From: a virus
Virus record (IMG/VR): IMGVR_UViG_3300045988_149090
Reading direction: 5' to 3' (one strand)
DNA: 53,311 bases
This document shows, piece after piece, positions 28,566 through 37,301 of the stretch (within the stretch, counting starts at the first letter, position 1; each line of letters starts with the position of its first letter). The notes beneath the pieces were generated by a model. It searched no databases. It saw only the letters and a list, made by a program, of their open reading frames with translations, and was not told where the DNA came from. A program made the position numbers and the translations under genes.

Positions 28566-29039
28566 TTATTGATTAATACCTATTTCTTTCAACCATTCCT
28601 GCACATCGAAACTCGGACAGGCTTTCGCTGCCAGTTCGTTGTGTCCTACAATGCGTACATCAGGAAATTTCCGGTGAAAATCCTTCACATACTTCTCCAG
28701 TGCCTTTTTCTGACAGCCAGTGCGGGTGTCTTTCGGGGTCTTACCGTCTTTTTCCACGCCTCCGGCATACACGATGTGACGGCTCACACTGTTATATCCC
28801 TTGGCTCCGTTGGTCACTTCCCAAGGGTCCACCTGTGCATCCTCATTGTTTTCTACCAGACGTTCCACGCCTCCGTTCAGGTGGAACAGGTCGGTATAGC
28901 CAACCTGCTTCCATCCTCTTCCTCCCTGGGCAACCGGAGATGTATGCCATTTGCGAATGTCCGCAGATGAAACCTCACGTCCCTCCGGAGTTGCCGTACA
29001 GTGTATTACCAGATATTTCAACTTTGCCATAATCATCAT
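28566..29039 (-). CDS. Endolysin: N-acetylmuramoyl-L-alanine amidase (T7-lysozyme/PGRP fold)
   Basis: Motifs LVIHCTATPEG...GWKQVGYTDLF...VGHNELAAKACPSFD. ATGA overlap with the capsid gene stop. Confidence 0.85.
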   Translation of the reverse strand: MMIMAKLKYLVIHCTATPEGREVSSADIRKWHTSPVAQGGRGWKQVGYTDLFHLNGGVERLVENNEDAQVDPWEVTNGAKGYNSVSRHIVYAGGVEKDGKTPKDTRTGCQKKALEKYVKDFHRKFPDVRIVGHNELAAKACPSFDVQEWLKEIGINQ

Positions 29040-30100
29040 GCTTGATAGCCGCTCATCATTACCACTCCGGCATCCTCTTTCTTGGGCATGCAGATGAAGT
29101 AATGGCGGAAGTTAATCAGGTTACGCTGGTTCAACGGGTCGTTCTTTGACTCGGAATAATACATCTTGGTAGAGCCTGTTGCCTTGAAAACCCGCTGTTT
29201 GTAGAAGGCAAACGAACACGGGAATTCACCGGCTTCTGCCGTTGCACCCAATGCCTTTTTCACTCCGGCTGTAGTATAAAGCGGATTGTTGCCGTACTCA
29301 TAGATTTCAAAGCCATACAGGTTGCCTACCTTGCCGCTGTTGCGGTCAATGTTGTACTGCTCGCGGAATGCCTGGCTGGTCAGCAGCAGGTCATTCACAT
29401 GGTCGGGGCAAAGCACCAGTCTGCGGCCGTCTGACGGCACGCGCAGGTTGTCAAGGGCACGCTTCATTTCCACAAGGTCATTCACGGTAAGGCGCAGACG
29501 GTTTGTGGCCGGATCTTTCTCGCCGGTAGTCTTAAGCACCGGGGTCGTTGCCGTATTCTTGTTCGCGCAAAGGGCATGGGCCGCCTTGGTGAACTTCGCA
29601 TCATTGATACTGTTGGCATGACCTTCCTTTACACGGGCGGTCTTGTCATAGCTGATGGCATAAAGTTCGTCATCCGTAATCGGCGTGGCCTTGGTCTGGA
29701 ATTTGTCAAGCTTGATGGCGATGTCCTTGTCTTCCAAAGCCTGTACGTCAATCGGGTAGGTCTTGTTGTTAATCAAGACGTCCGGATCCACCCCTACCTC
29801 TACCAGATGAATCACATCGTTGTTCACGATACTGCTTTGGTCGGGAATTCCTGACAGCCACGTGCCTTCCAGCCCGGCACGGAGTACCTTGACAAGCTCG
29901 CCCGTCCAGATTTCCGTATAAACCCCTTCACGGAGTATTGAAGCGCTCTGCGGAGCCATGCCCATGAAGGCTGCCACCGCATTCATTCCCACAGCTCCGG
30001 CTGCAGGAGAGAATCCCAGCACGGAAGCACACACGGCACCTGTCAGCGTATTGAACAGGAGTGCCGTCAAAAGCATTACAATTTTTCCCATTGTCTTCAT
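29036..30100 (-). CDS. Major capsid protein (HK97-fold type)
   Basis: ATG at 30100 (the track start at 30115 is TTG). It follows the protease/scaffold gene. About 350 aa. The family call is by position and general look only. Confidence 0.65.
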   Translation of the reverse strand: MKTMGKIVMLLTALLFNTLTGAVCASVLGFSPAAGAVGMNAVAAFMGMAPQSASILREGVYTEIWTGELVKVLRAGLEGTWLSGIPDQSSIVNNDVIHLVEVGVDPDVLINNKTYPIDVQALEDKDIAIKLDKFQTKATPITDDELYAISYDKTARVKEGHANSINDAKFTKAAHALCANKNTATTPVLKTTGEKDPATNRLRLTVNDLVEMKRALDNLRVPSDGRRLVLCPDHVNDLLLTSQAFREQYNIDRNSGKVGNLYGFEIYEYGNNPLYTTAGVKKALGATAEAGEFPCSFAFYKQRVFKATGSTKMYYSESKNDPLNQRNLINFRHYFICMPKKEDAGVVMMSGYQA

Positions 30101-30111
30101 TTTAAAGGTTT

Positions 30112-31047
30112 TCAAATTTCACAGGTCATTCCATATTCGGCCTTGTACAGACGCTTGTACTCCTCCGGGTTCTGCTCACGCATTTCAAGCAGTGCGTCAC
30201 TCGGGACATCGCTCAGCTTGGCATAGGTGGACGGCTGTGCCTGCTGCTTGCCACCCTGGTAACTCAGCACGGTGGAGATCTTCACCTGGGGTTGCATGGC
30301 ATCAAGCACATTCTTCAGCTCGTCGGATCCAACCTTCTTGCCCAGTTCGATAAACTGTGCCTTCTTGTCTTCCCCCAGTCGTTTCTCCGCTACGGCCTTT
30401 TCCACAAGACCGGTAATGCGGGCCAGGGTCAGCTTCCCGTTTTCATCTTTCAGAGAGTCATTCTCAGCCTTGGCCGCTTTCAGGTCATTCAATGCCCGGG
30501 TTACATCAGCCTCCGTCGCCGTTTCCGGCAGCCCCAATTGAAGGGCCAAAAGTTTCAGTTCCATTTCTTCTTCTGTTTTTTGATTATTGATTGATGGCAA
30601 GGGACATTCCCCGTCCCTTCCCAAAGTGATTTGTTTACCGTCTTTCATCAATATGATGGCATCATCGTTAGAACCAACGTCCACCAGAGAGACCTCGTAC
30701 AGTTTACTCTTGGTCACGGTCGGACAAGTCTGTCCCGGCAGTAGATGTTCGGGCTGTTCGCTCAGTTCCAGGATATCTATGCCGGCACTTACCATTCTCA
30801 GGCTGCCGAACTCAAATTGTTTCTTACACCTCTTACTGAGGTCGGTCGCCTCGTCAAACACGGGTTCACCGGTCACCTCGCCGTCTTCCACCCGGATATC
30901 CTTCACATAACCGATCACGCTACCGCGCTGGTGCATGTACAGCAGTACCGGATTCCGGCAGTACTGCTCCACACTCATGCCCGATGTCAGCACGCGGCTT
31001 CCGTAACTGTTCAGGCTGTCATTTGAAATTCTTACACGTTTACTCAT
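30112..31047 (-). CDS. Prohead protease fused to scaffold-like coiled-coil C-terminus
   Basis: The likely start is MSKRVRISNDSLNSYGSRVL at 31047. It has an HK97-protease-like N-half and an Ala/Glu/Lys-rich helical C-half, as in Mu gpI/Z. Confidence 0.6.
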   Translation of the reverse strand: MSKRVRISNDSLNSYGSRVLTSGMSVEQYCRNPVLLYMHQRGSVIGYVKDIRVEDGEVTGEPVFDEATDLSKRCKKQFEFGSLRMVSAGIDILELSEQPEHLLPGQTCPTVTKSKLYEVSLVDVGSNDDAIILMKDGKQITLGRDGECPLPSINNQKTEEEMELKLLALQLGLPETATEADVTRALNDLKAAKAENDSLKDENGKLTLARITGLVEKAVAEKRLGEDKKAQFIELGKKVGSDELKNVLDAMQPQVKISTVLSYQGGKQQAQPSTYAKLSDVPSDALLEMREQNPEEYKRLYKAEYGMTCEI

Positions 31048-31103
31048 TTTTCCATGCCACGCCTTTGTGCGTTGGCTCTGCAATATTACGGAGCACTCGC
31101 AGG

Positions 31104-31167
31104 GCCGCCAAAAATGTGTGCAACGGTTGCACACTTCTATGAAACCGTTACACATTATTTTGGCGGC
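31104..31167. promoter_or_regulatory. Nested palindromes in the divergent late-operon control region
   Basis: GTGTGCAAC-g-GTTGCACAC at 31116-31134 lies inside GCCGCCAAAAATG (31104-16) / CATTATTTTGGCGGC (31153-67). The region sits between the minus-strand protease/capsid operon and the plus-strand terminase operon. Confidence 0.45.
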
Positions 31168-31255
31168 AAACCGATAAGCGGACAACTTTGCGAACAAATC
31201 GGGCAGGTGTACAGTCATTCCAATACCTGCCGTTCAAACCTATATTCTTTATAAT

Positions 31256-31720
31256 ATGACAAAGGCAGAAATCGAAAAGAAGAAATCGCTCGCACGCTCA
31301 CTATTCCTCTCCGGAATGGAGCAAACGGAAATAGCGGAAAAGGTGGACGTGTCTCGTGTCACCATATCCAAATGGTGTACCTCCGAAGGGTGGAAAGAAG
31401 CAAGGGCGGCAAAGAACGTCACTCGCCCGGAACTGGTGAACAAGCTTCTGCTCACCATCGACACGCTTATCACACAAGTGAACTCGTCGGATGACCCCAC
31501 ATTGATAGCCGGGCTGGGCGACAAGCTGGCAAAACTGTCGGCGGTCATCGAGAAGCTCGACAAGAAGGCCAATGTGGTGGATGCCATCGAAGTGTTCATG
31601 GCATTTTCCAAATGGATCGAATACCGCTCGACGATCGACCCGGATGTGACCCCGGAATTGGTAAAGGCCATCAACAAGTACCAGGACCTGTACATAACCG
31701 AACAGATGGGCATAAAATAA
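31256..31720 (+). CDS. Terminase small subunit-like DNA-binding protein
   Basis: N-terminal HTH (MEQTEIAEKVDVSRVTISKW). Located immediately upstream of the large terminase. Confidence 0.6.
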   Translation: MTKAEIEKKKSLARSLFLSGMEQTEIAEKVDVSRVTISKWCTSEGWKEARAAKNVTRPELVNKLLLTIDTLITQVNSSDDPTLIAGLGDKLAKLSAVIEKLDKKANVVDAIEVFMAFSKWIEYRSTIDPDVTPELVKAINKYQDLYITEQMGIK

Positions 31721-31727
31721 CAAGGGC

Positions 31728-33287
31728 ATGGCAACAGCAGCGGAAAAGAAACAGGCATACGAACAGTGGAAAGAACACTGCAAAAGGGTACAGTCCATTA
31801 CGGATACGGCGCTGCTCGCAGGCGAGACACCGGCACAAAGGGACAGGCGCATTCTGCGGCTGCAGGGTAACTATGCCGCATTCTGCGAATATTACTTTCC
31901 CCACTTCCTCACCTTGCGTGACAAGACTACCGGGGAAGCCATACGCACCATTCACAATGCACCGTTCCACAATGCGGCAGCGGCCAAAGTAAGGGGTACG
32001 CCCAACCTGAAGGCGGTATTCATGTGGCCGCGCGGTCATGCCAAGTCCACTCACATGGACATCTTCGTCCCATTATGGCTCATGTTCCAACCAAAGCGGC
32101 TCATCAATTTCATGGTGGTGGTCGGCAAAAGCGAAGACTCTGCCACACGTCTGCTGGGCGATATTCAGGCGGAACTGGAACACAACCAGCGCATCATTGC
32201 CGACTTCGGCAAGCAGCAGGGGAATGCCTCCTGGCAGGATGGGGAGTTCAAGGCTGCCAACGGGGTGAAATTCCTGGCTTGCGGACGCGGACAGTCTCCG
32301 CGTGGTCTGCGCGACCGGGAAGCACGCCCGGACTACATCGTCATCGATGACTTGGATGACGACGAACTGTGCCGCAATGAGAAACGGGTGCATGACATTA
32401 CAGACTGGGTGAAAGAAGCCCTTTTTGGTGCACTGGATGTGGGCCGGGGACGCTTTATCATGGTCGGGAACCTCATTTCTAAAAACTCGGTGCTGGCCAA
32501 TCTCACCAAGACAAAAGGGGTACATGTATCCGTCATCAAGGCAATAGACAAGAACGGAGAACCGGTATGGCGCGAAAAATGGACGAAAGAGGAGGCGCAG
32601 GAATACAGGGATTTCGTAGGCTACCGGGCATGGGAAAAGGAGATGATGCACAACCCCATCGTGGACGGCACTATCTTCCGGGCAGACTGGATTCGTTACA
32701 AGAAACTGCCCAGACTGTCCAAGTATGAAATGCTGGTCTGCTATACCGACCCCTCTTTCAAATCGACCACTTCAAACGACTACAAGGCTTGCCGCCTTTG
32801 GGGCAAGATTGGGAAGGAACTGCACCTTATAGACTGTTACGTCCGGCAGGATACCGTTTCCGGAATGGTACGGTGGCTTTACGACCTCTACGAGCGTACA
32901 CGCGATACGGCAGCCGTCCAGTTCTTTATGGAAGCGAACTTCATGCAGGATGTCATTCTGGATGAGTTTGAGGCAGAAGGAAATCTGCGTGGATACCAAC
33001 TGCCCATCATGCCGGACAAACGAAAGAAGCCGGACAAGCTCCAGCGCATCGAAGCGGTGTCACCATTATGGGAACGCGGTTTCGTATTCTACAATGAGAA
33101 GTTGAAAGAATCGCCGGATATGCAGACCGGAATCGAACAGACCTTGGCTCTGGAGCGTGGCAGCCGTATTCACGATGATGCACCGGATGCCGACGAGGGA
33201 GCCATCTGGATGCTGCAGCGCAATTCAAGACAGGAGAGTTTTCAACCGGTGTTCGGCAAAAGGCCGACCGCCAAAAATATATGGTAA
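31728..33287 (+). CDS. Terminase large subunit
   Basis: Walker A-like WPRGHAKST and Walker B IVIDDLDDDE. It has a C-terminal nuclease-like half. 519 aa. Confidence 0.85.
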   Translation: MATAAEKKQAYEQWKEHCKRVQSITDTALLAGETPAQRDRRILRLQGNYAAFCEYYFPHFLTLRDKTTGEAIRTIHNAPFHNAAAAKVRGTPNLKAVFMWPRGHAKSTHMDIFVPLWLMFQPKRLINFMVVVGKSEDSATRLLGDIQAELEHNQRIIADFGKQQGNASWQDGEFKAANGVKFLACGRGQSPRGLRDREARPDYIVIDDLDDDELCRNEKRVHDITDWVKEALFGALDVGRGRFIMVGNLISKNSVLANLTKTKGVHVSVIKAIDKNGEPVWREKWTKEEAQEYRDFVGYRAWEKEMMHNPIVDGTIFRADWIRYKKLPRLSKYEMLVCYTDPSFKSTTSNDYKACRLWGKIGKELHLIDCYVRQDTVSGMVRWLYDLYERTRDTAAVQFFMEANFMQDVILDEFEAEGNLRGYQLPIMPDKRKKPDKLQRIEAVSPLWERGFVFYNEKLKESPDMQTGIEQTLALERGSRIHDDAPDADEGAIWMLQRNSRQESFQPVFGKRPTAKNIW

Positions 33288-33288
33288 C

Positions 33289-33519
33289 ATGATACAACTG
33301 ATTAAAAGAATGATTTTTGCATGGCGCTATAAACGTGCCGTTGCCCGTGCTTGCAAGTATGCCAAGCTCTACGGAAGAAAATACTACGTCCTGTATATGG
33401 GCGGCAAACTGAAAGTTGTCCCCAAAAGGAATATCTGCGAACTGATTCACCGCCACCGTTTCCGCAAGGGAACCACTATCCGGGATATAGAAAAAATGGC
33501 ATTATTCATCACTAAATAA
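33289..33519 (+). CDS. Small basic hypothetical protein (76 aa)
   Basis: ATG at 33289, right after the terminase stop. The upstream part of track ORF 33157-33519 overlaps the terminase. Confidence 0.4.
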   Translation: MIQLIKRMIFAWRYKRAVARACKYAKLYGRKYYVLYMGGKLKVVPKRNICELIHRHRFRKGTTIRDIEKMALFITK

Positions 33520-33526
33520 TAAGGTC

Positions 33527-33946
33527 ATGTTCATTACAGAAGAAGATTACAAAGTTGTCATCGGCGACAACGCATTGAAGGTCATCTCCCAGGTAAGCCC
33601 GGAAAACCGTACCAATGCAGAAGCGGAAGCCCGGGAAGAAATTGCCGGTTATCTACGGCCGAAATACGACTGTACGGCCATTTTCTCTGCACAGGATGAA
33701 CACCGGAACCGGCTCATTGTCATGTACACCTGCGACATTTCACTTTACCACATGAGCGCAGCCATGCCACAAAAGATGGGAAGCGAGATACGCAAGGAAC
33801 GATATGAACGGGCCATCAAGTGGCTTGAAGGCGTACAGGCCGGAAAAATTGTCCCTGATTTGCCCTTGGCTGTCGGAGAAGATGGGCTTCCGTCCGGAAA
33901 TTCACTTGTTTACAGCTGTCAGAAGCAGCTTCATCATAATTGGTAG
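33527..33946 (+). CDS. Mu gp36-like (DUF1320-like) head-associated protein
   Basis: 139 aa between terminase and portal. The start MFITEEDYKVVIG...L and overall pattern resemble the gp36 family as I recall it. Confidence 0.45.
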   Translation: MFITEEDYKVVIGDNALKVISQVSPENRTNAEAEAREEIAGYLRPKYDCTAIFSAQDEHRNRLIVMYTCDISLYHMSAAMPQKMGSEIRKERYERAIKWLEGVQAGKIVPDLPLAVGEDGLPSGNSLVYSCQKQLHHNW

Positions 33947-33950
33947 GACT

Positions 33951-35261
33951 ATGGATATTAAAGACTTTTTCAGCGGTATGTTTTCCAGTAAACCGAAAAA
34001 CGTACTGCAAACGCCATACGGCAATTTTAATCTGGCCAAGGGGAAAGACATCAAGCGGGTGCAGAAAATGGTCATCGACCTGCAGCGCACCACCGATGCA
34101 CTCACCCGGAAGGACATCAAGAACTGGCGCGATGCCTGGCAGTCGGCCATCAATGTGGACAGCCCCAGCCGCCAGCGCCTGTACGACATCTACCGGGACG
34201 CGGAAATAGATCTTCACCTCTCCGGATGCGTGGAGCAGCGCAGAGGGTTTGTCATGGCACGCTCTTTCAAAATCGTAGACGTGAAAGGGGATGAGAACGA
34301 GGAGGCGGTACACTTCTTCGACCAATCCTGGTTCAAACAGCTCATGCGATATGCGCTCGATTCCATCTACTGGGGACATTCGCTCATCGAATTGGGCGAC
34401 CTTTGCACTGACGGCGACGGCTGCATCTGTTATTCGGATGTGAAGCTTATTCCGCGTAAGCATGTCATTCCTGAATATGGGCGTGTCATAACCGACCTCG
34501 GACAGGACTGGACTACAGGTATAGACTACCGCCAGCCGCCTTTTTCGGACTGGCTCATTGAGGCCGGCAGACCTGACGACCTCGGGCTGTATCTCAAGGC
34601 AGCTTCACAGACTATCCCCAAAAAGAATATGCTGGCTTTTTGGGATACCTTCGGGGAAATATTCGGAATGCCCATGCGTATAGCACGCACCACCTCGCGC
34701 GACCAGAAAGAAATCGACCGCCTTGACAAGATGCTGCGTGAAGCCGGAACCGCTCTCTCCATGGTGGCAGGAATGGAAACCGAAATCGAATTTGTGGAAA
34801 GCGGCAAGGGAGATGCATTCAATGTCTATGACAAGCGCATCGATCGGGCCAATTCCGAACTGTCAAAGCTTATCATCGGACAAACGATGACCATTGAGGA
34901 CGGAAGCAGCCTCTCACAGTCTGAAACGCACCTTGAAGTGTTCCAGAACCTCGTGGAAAGTGACTGCGACATGCTGCGGGATATAGTGAACAACCAACTC
35001 ATTCCGCGCATGGTTCGTCACGGTTTTCCTGTCAAGGGACTGCGTTTTGATTGGGACTACTCCATTGACTACACTCCCGAACAGCAGAAAGCCTACGAAG
35101 AAATGGTACTGCAGCACTACAAGGTGAAGCCACAGTACTTTGAGGAAAAATACGGCATTCCGTGCGAGGAGAAGGAACCGAAGGAAGAGCCGGACCCGGC
35201 AGATCCGAAAAAGAAGAAAGACGACAAACAGGCTGGAACGCTATCCCGTTTTTTCGACTGA
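33951..35261 (+). CDS. Portal protein (Mu gp29 / DUF935-like)
   Basis: ATG at 33951 (MDIKDFFSG). 436 aa. Located upstream of the MuF-like gene. W..AW..A...PSRQRLYDIYRD pattern present. Confidence 0.75.
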   Translation: MDIKDFFSGMFSSKPKNVLQTPYGNFNLAKGKDIKRVQKMVIDLQRTTDALTRKDIKNWRDAWQSAINVDSPSRQRLYDIYRDAEIDLHLSGCVEQRRGFVMARSFKIVDVKGDENEEAVHFFDQSWFKQLMRYALDSIYWGHSLIELGDLCTDGDGCICYSDVKLIPRKHVIPEYGRVITDLGQDWTTGIDYRQPPFSDWLIEAGRPDDLGLYLKAASQTIPKKNMLAFWDTFGEIFGMPMRIARTTSRDQKEIDRLDKMLREAGTALSMVAGMETEIEFVESGKGDAFNVYDKRIDRANSELSKLIIGQTMTIEDGSSLSQSETHLEVFQNLVESDCDMLRDIVNNQLIPRMVRHGFPVKGLRFDWDYSIDYTPEQQKAYEEMVLQHYKVKPQYFEEKYGIPCEEKEPKEEPDPADPKKKKDDKQAGTLSRFFD

Positions 35262-35353
35262 GCCCCGAGGATTATTCGGGGCTGCATCTACGCTACAGTT
35301 CATTGCTTGGCAATCATACCCTCCAACTCTCAAAAGAGGACGAGGCAAAATTG

Positions 35354-36580
35354 ATGCGTGACAAGCTTACAGAGATGTTCGACCGCATGATGAAAGCCCT
35401 GTTCCGGGAGCAGGGGGCAAACCTTGAAATCAACATACTGGCTTCAGAAGAGGCGCAGGACTTTATAGAGACGCACGCCTCCGTCCTGGACTCTTCATTC
35501 CGGCAGGTGGAGATGTCCGAGGCCATGCGAGGGCGCCTGCAGAGGTCGGATTATATATTCTCAGGCCTAAAGACGTTCCATGAACTGAACGAAGCCTTCC
35601 CCTCCCTGCTGGATGAGAACGGCAATCGAAAAACGTTCGAACGCTTTTTGAACGATGTCCGGAAGATAGACGAAACCTATAATCGGGGCTACCTCCGGGC
35701 AGAGTACAACTTTGTGCAGGCTTCGGCGACTATGGCCGCCAAGTGGGAACGGTTCGCAGAAGACGGGGACCGCTACAACCTCCAGTACCGGACGGCCGGG
35801 GATGGCAAGGTTCGCCCGGAACATGCCGAACTGCATGGGGTAACACGACCTATGGCAGACCCCTTTTGGGAAGAGTATTTCCCGCCAAATGGATGGAACT
35901 GCAGGTGCACCGTAGTCCAGGTACGAAAATCCAAATATCCGGAAACGCCCTACGATGAGGCAATGGCATTGGGCGAGTCAGCCCTTCAAAGGGACACCAA
36001 AGGCATCTTCCGGTTCAACCCGGGAAAAGAACAGAAGACCATGCCGGATTACAACCCATACACCATCAAAAGGTGCAGGGATTGTGATATGGCCAAAGGG
36101 AAACTTAAACTGGCCTTCGTTCCGGACAACGAGCTGTGCGCCGCCTGCAAAATACTGCAAAAATGCGCCGGAGACCGGGAAAAGTCCGCACGAGCTATCG
36201 AACGTATCCATTATCTGCATGAAATGGAGCCTCTACTTCAAAAGAAAGTGGAAAAGAACATAAATGGCAAGGACTTGAATATCGGCTTTACCAAAGAGGG
36301 CAACAAGCACTTGTTCTCCGACACATTCGGACGGACACGCATCGTTTCCAAGGAGGACTTGAAGAACCTGGATTCACACCTTGAACGTGCCGAATATGTG
36401 GATGATTCCGCATTGACTCACCCAAGGACGGACAATGTGGAACACTTCTTCTACTTCAAAGTTAAAATCAATGGAAAATGGGTAAGGCTTAATGTTGCCA
36501 AAGAAGTAACAAGAAGGGATAACGGTTATATCCGCATAAAATACTTTTTATACTCAGTAAATGATATAATAGTAGAATAA
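35354..36580 (+). CDS. MuF-like head morphogenesis protein with about 190-aa C-terminal extension
   Basis: MuF signature ...VRPEHAELHG...PPNGWNCRCTVVQV. It is followed by CRDCDMAKG...CAACK and a beta-rich terminal domain. ATG at 35354. Confidence 0.8.
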   Translation: MRDKLTEMFDRMMKALFREQGANLEINILASEEAQDFIETHASVLDSSFRQVEMSEAMRGRLQRSDYIFSGLKTFHELNEAFPSLLDENGNRKTFERFLNDVRKIDETYNRGYLRAEYNFVQASATMAAKWERFAEDGDRYNLQYRTAGDGKVRPEHAELHGVTRPMADPFWEEYFPPNGWNCRCTVVQVRKSKYPETPYDEAMALGESALQRDTKGIFRFNPGKEQKTMPDYNPYTIKRCRDCDMAKGKLKLAFVPDNELCAACKILQKCAGDREKSARAIERIHYLHEMEPLLQKKVEKNINGKDLNIGFTKEGNKHLFSDTFGRTRIVSKEDLKNLDSHLERAEYVDDSALTHPRTDNVEHFFYFKVKINGKWVRLNVAKEVTRRDNGYIRIKYFLYSVNDIIVE

Positions 36581-36689
36581 AAAAAACAAAAGCACCAAGG
36601 GCGACACTTTGGACTAAAACGCCTGCTCGTCATTCCCTCAATGCTTCTGTGTTTGCAAATATACAAAACATTTTTTAATCCAATTGCTT

Positions 36690-36923
36690 ATGAACAAGAT
36701 TCTTTCATTTTTGAAACAAAGTAACCGCTACAAACACCTGGTAGGCGGTTTTATCGTGGGGCTGCCAGCCCTGACACCGTACGCGGCCTTATACGCAGCC
36801 GCCATCGCAGCCTCCTCGCTGGAGCTCAAAGACAAGCTCCGGGGCGGTCGTTGGGACTGGACGGACTGGACACTCACCGTGACCGGAGGAGCAATCGCCG
36901 CATTGATTTTCCTCGTTATCTAA
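36690..36923 (+). CDS. Small membrane protein (2 predicted TM helices), just upstream of the TR
   Basis: ATG at 36690 (the track start at 36684 is TTG). Hydrophobic segments: HLVGGFIVGLPALTPYAALYAAAIAASSL and TLTVTGGAIAALIFLVI. Confidence 0.5.
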   Translation: MNKILSFLKQSNRYKHLVGGFIVGLPALTPYAALYAAAIAASSLELKDKLRGGRWDWTDWTLTVTGGAIAALIFLVI

Positions 36924-36977
36924 CAAGGGGACTGGCTTTTATCCGTACCTTTGCACCCCGGTGGAGCTTCCTGATAG

Positions 36978-37088
36978 TCCGTGTGGTCTATCGCGGGTAC
37001 AACAATGCGAATGCGAATGGCGGCGTGTCGAATGCGAATGCGAATAACGATGCATCGAACTCGAACACGAATGTCGGCTCCCGTCTGG
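36978..37088 (+). repeat. DGR template repeat (TR); the 37089-37301 spacer precedes the RT
   Basis: 111 nt containing 27 adenines. It is rich in AAY codons in the VR frame (YNNANANGGVSNANANNDASNSNTN). Same strand as the RT and 213 nt upstream of it. The hairpin GGGGACGTGTCCCC lies in the spacer. Confidence 0.9.
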
Positions 37089-37301
37089 AAATCTAACAAT
37101 CGGCGTACAACACCGGGGACGTGTCCCCTACCGTGGTGCCGAGGGAAGCAAGCCACAGCAAAAGCGCACAGGTGCGGAAAGCTGAAAAATCACGCGTCGG
37201 GTGGAGTTTGGTAGGCTCAAGTCAGCTCGAAGAAGTCAGACCCGGGGAAAGGAAGGCCCTTATCTTCCGTTTGTAAAACAATCAAAAAAAACAATGCTAT
37301 A

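Noticed and set aside
30112-36580. Upstream extensions of track ORFs 30112-31218, 33804-35261, 35162-36580 and 33157-33519
   Set aside because: The extensions overlap the preceding genes or the divergent promoter region and start at non-ATG or poorly placed codons. Internal ATGs at 31047, 33951, 35354 and 33289 give proteins that begin where family similarity begins.
36690-36923. Possible Avd (DGR accessory variability determinant) upstream of the TR
   Set aside because: The protein is dominated by two hydrophobic TM-like segments and is not basic or four-helix-bundle-like. It is called a small membrane protein instead.
36851-37214. ORFs 36851-37096 and 36981-37214 (and 10889-11191, 11010-11399) containing Asn/Ala- or Arg/Met-rich repeats
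   Set aside because: They are simply translations of the DGR TR or VR in various frames. The TR copy has no start context and ends just past the TR boundary, within 8 nt.
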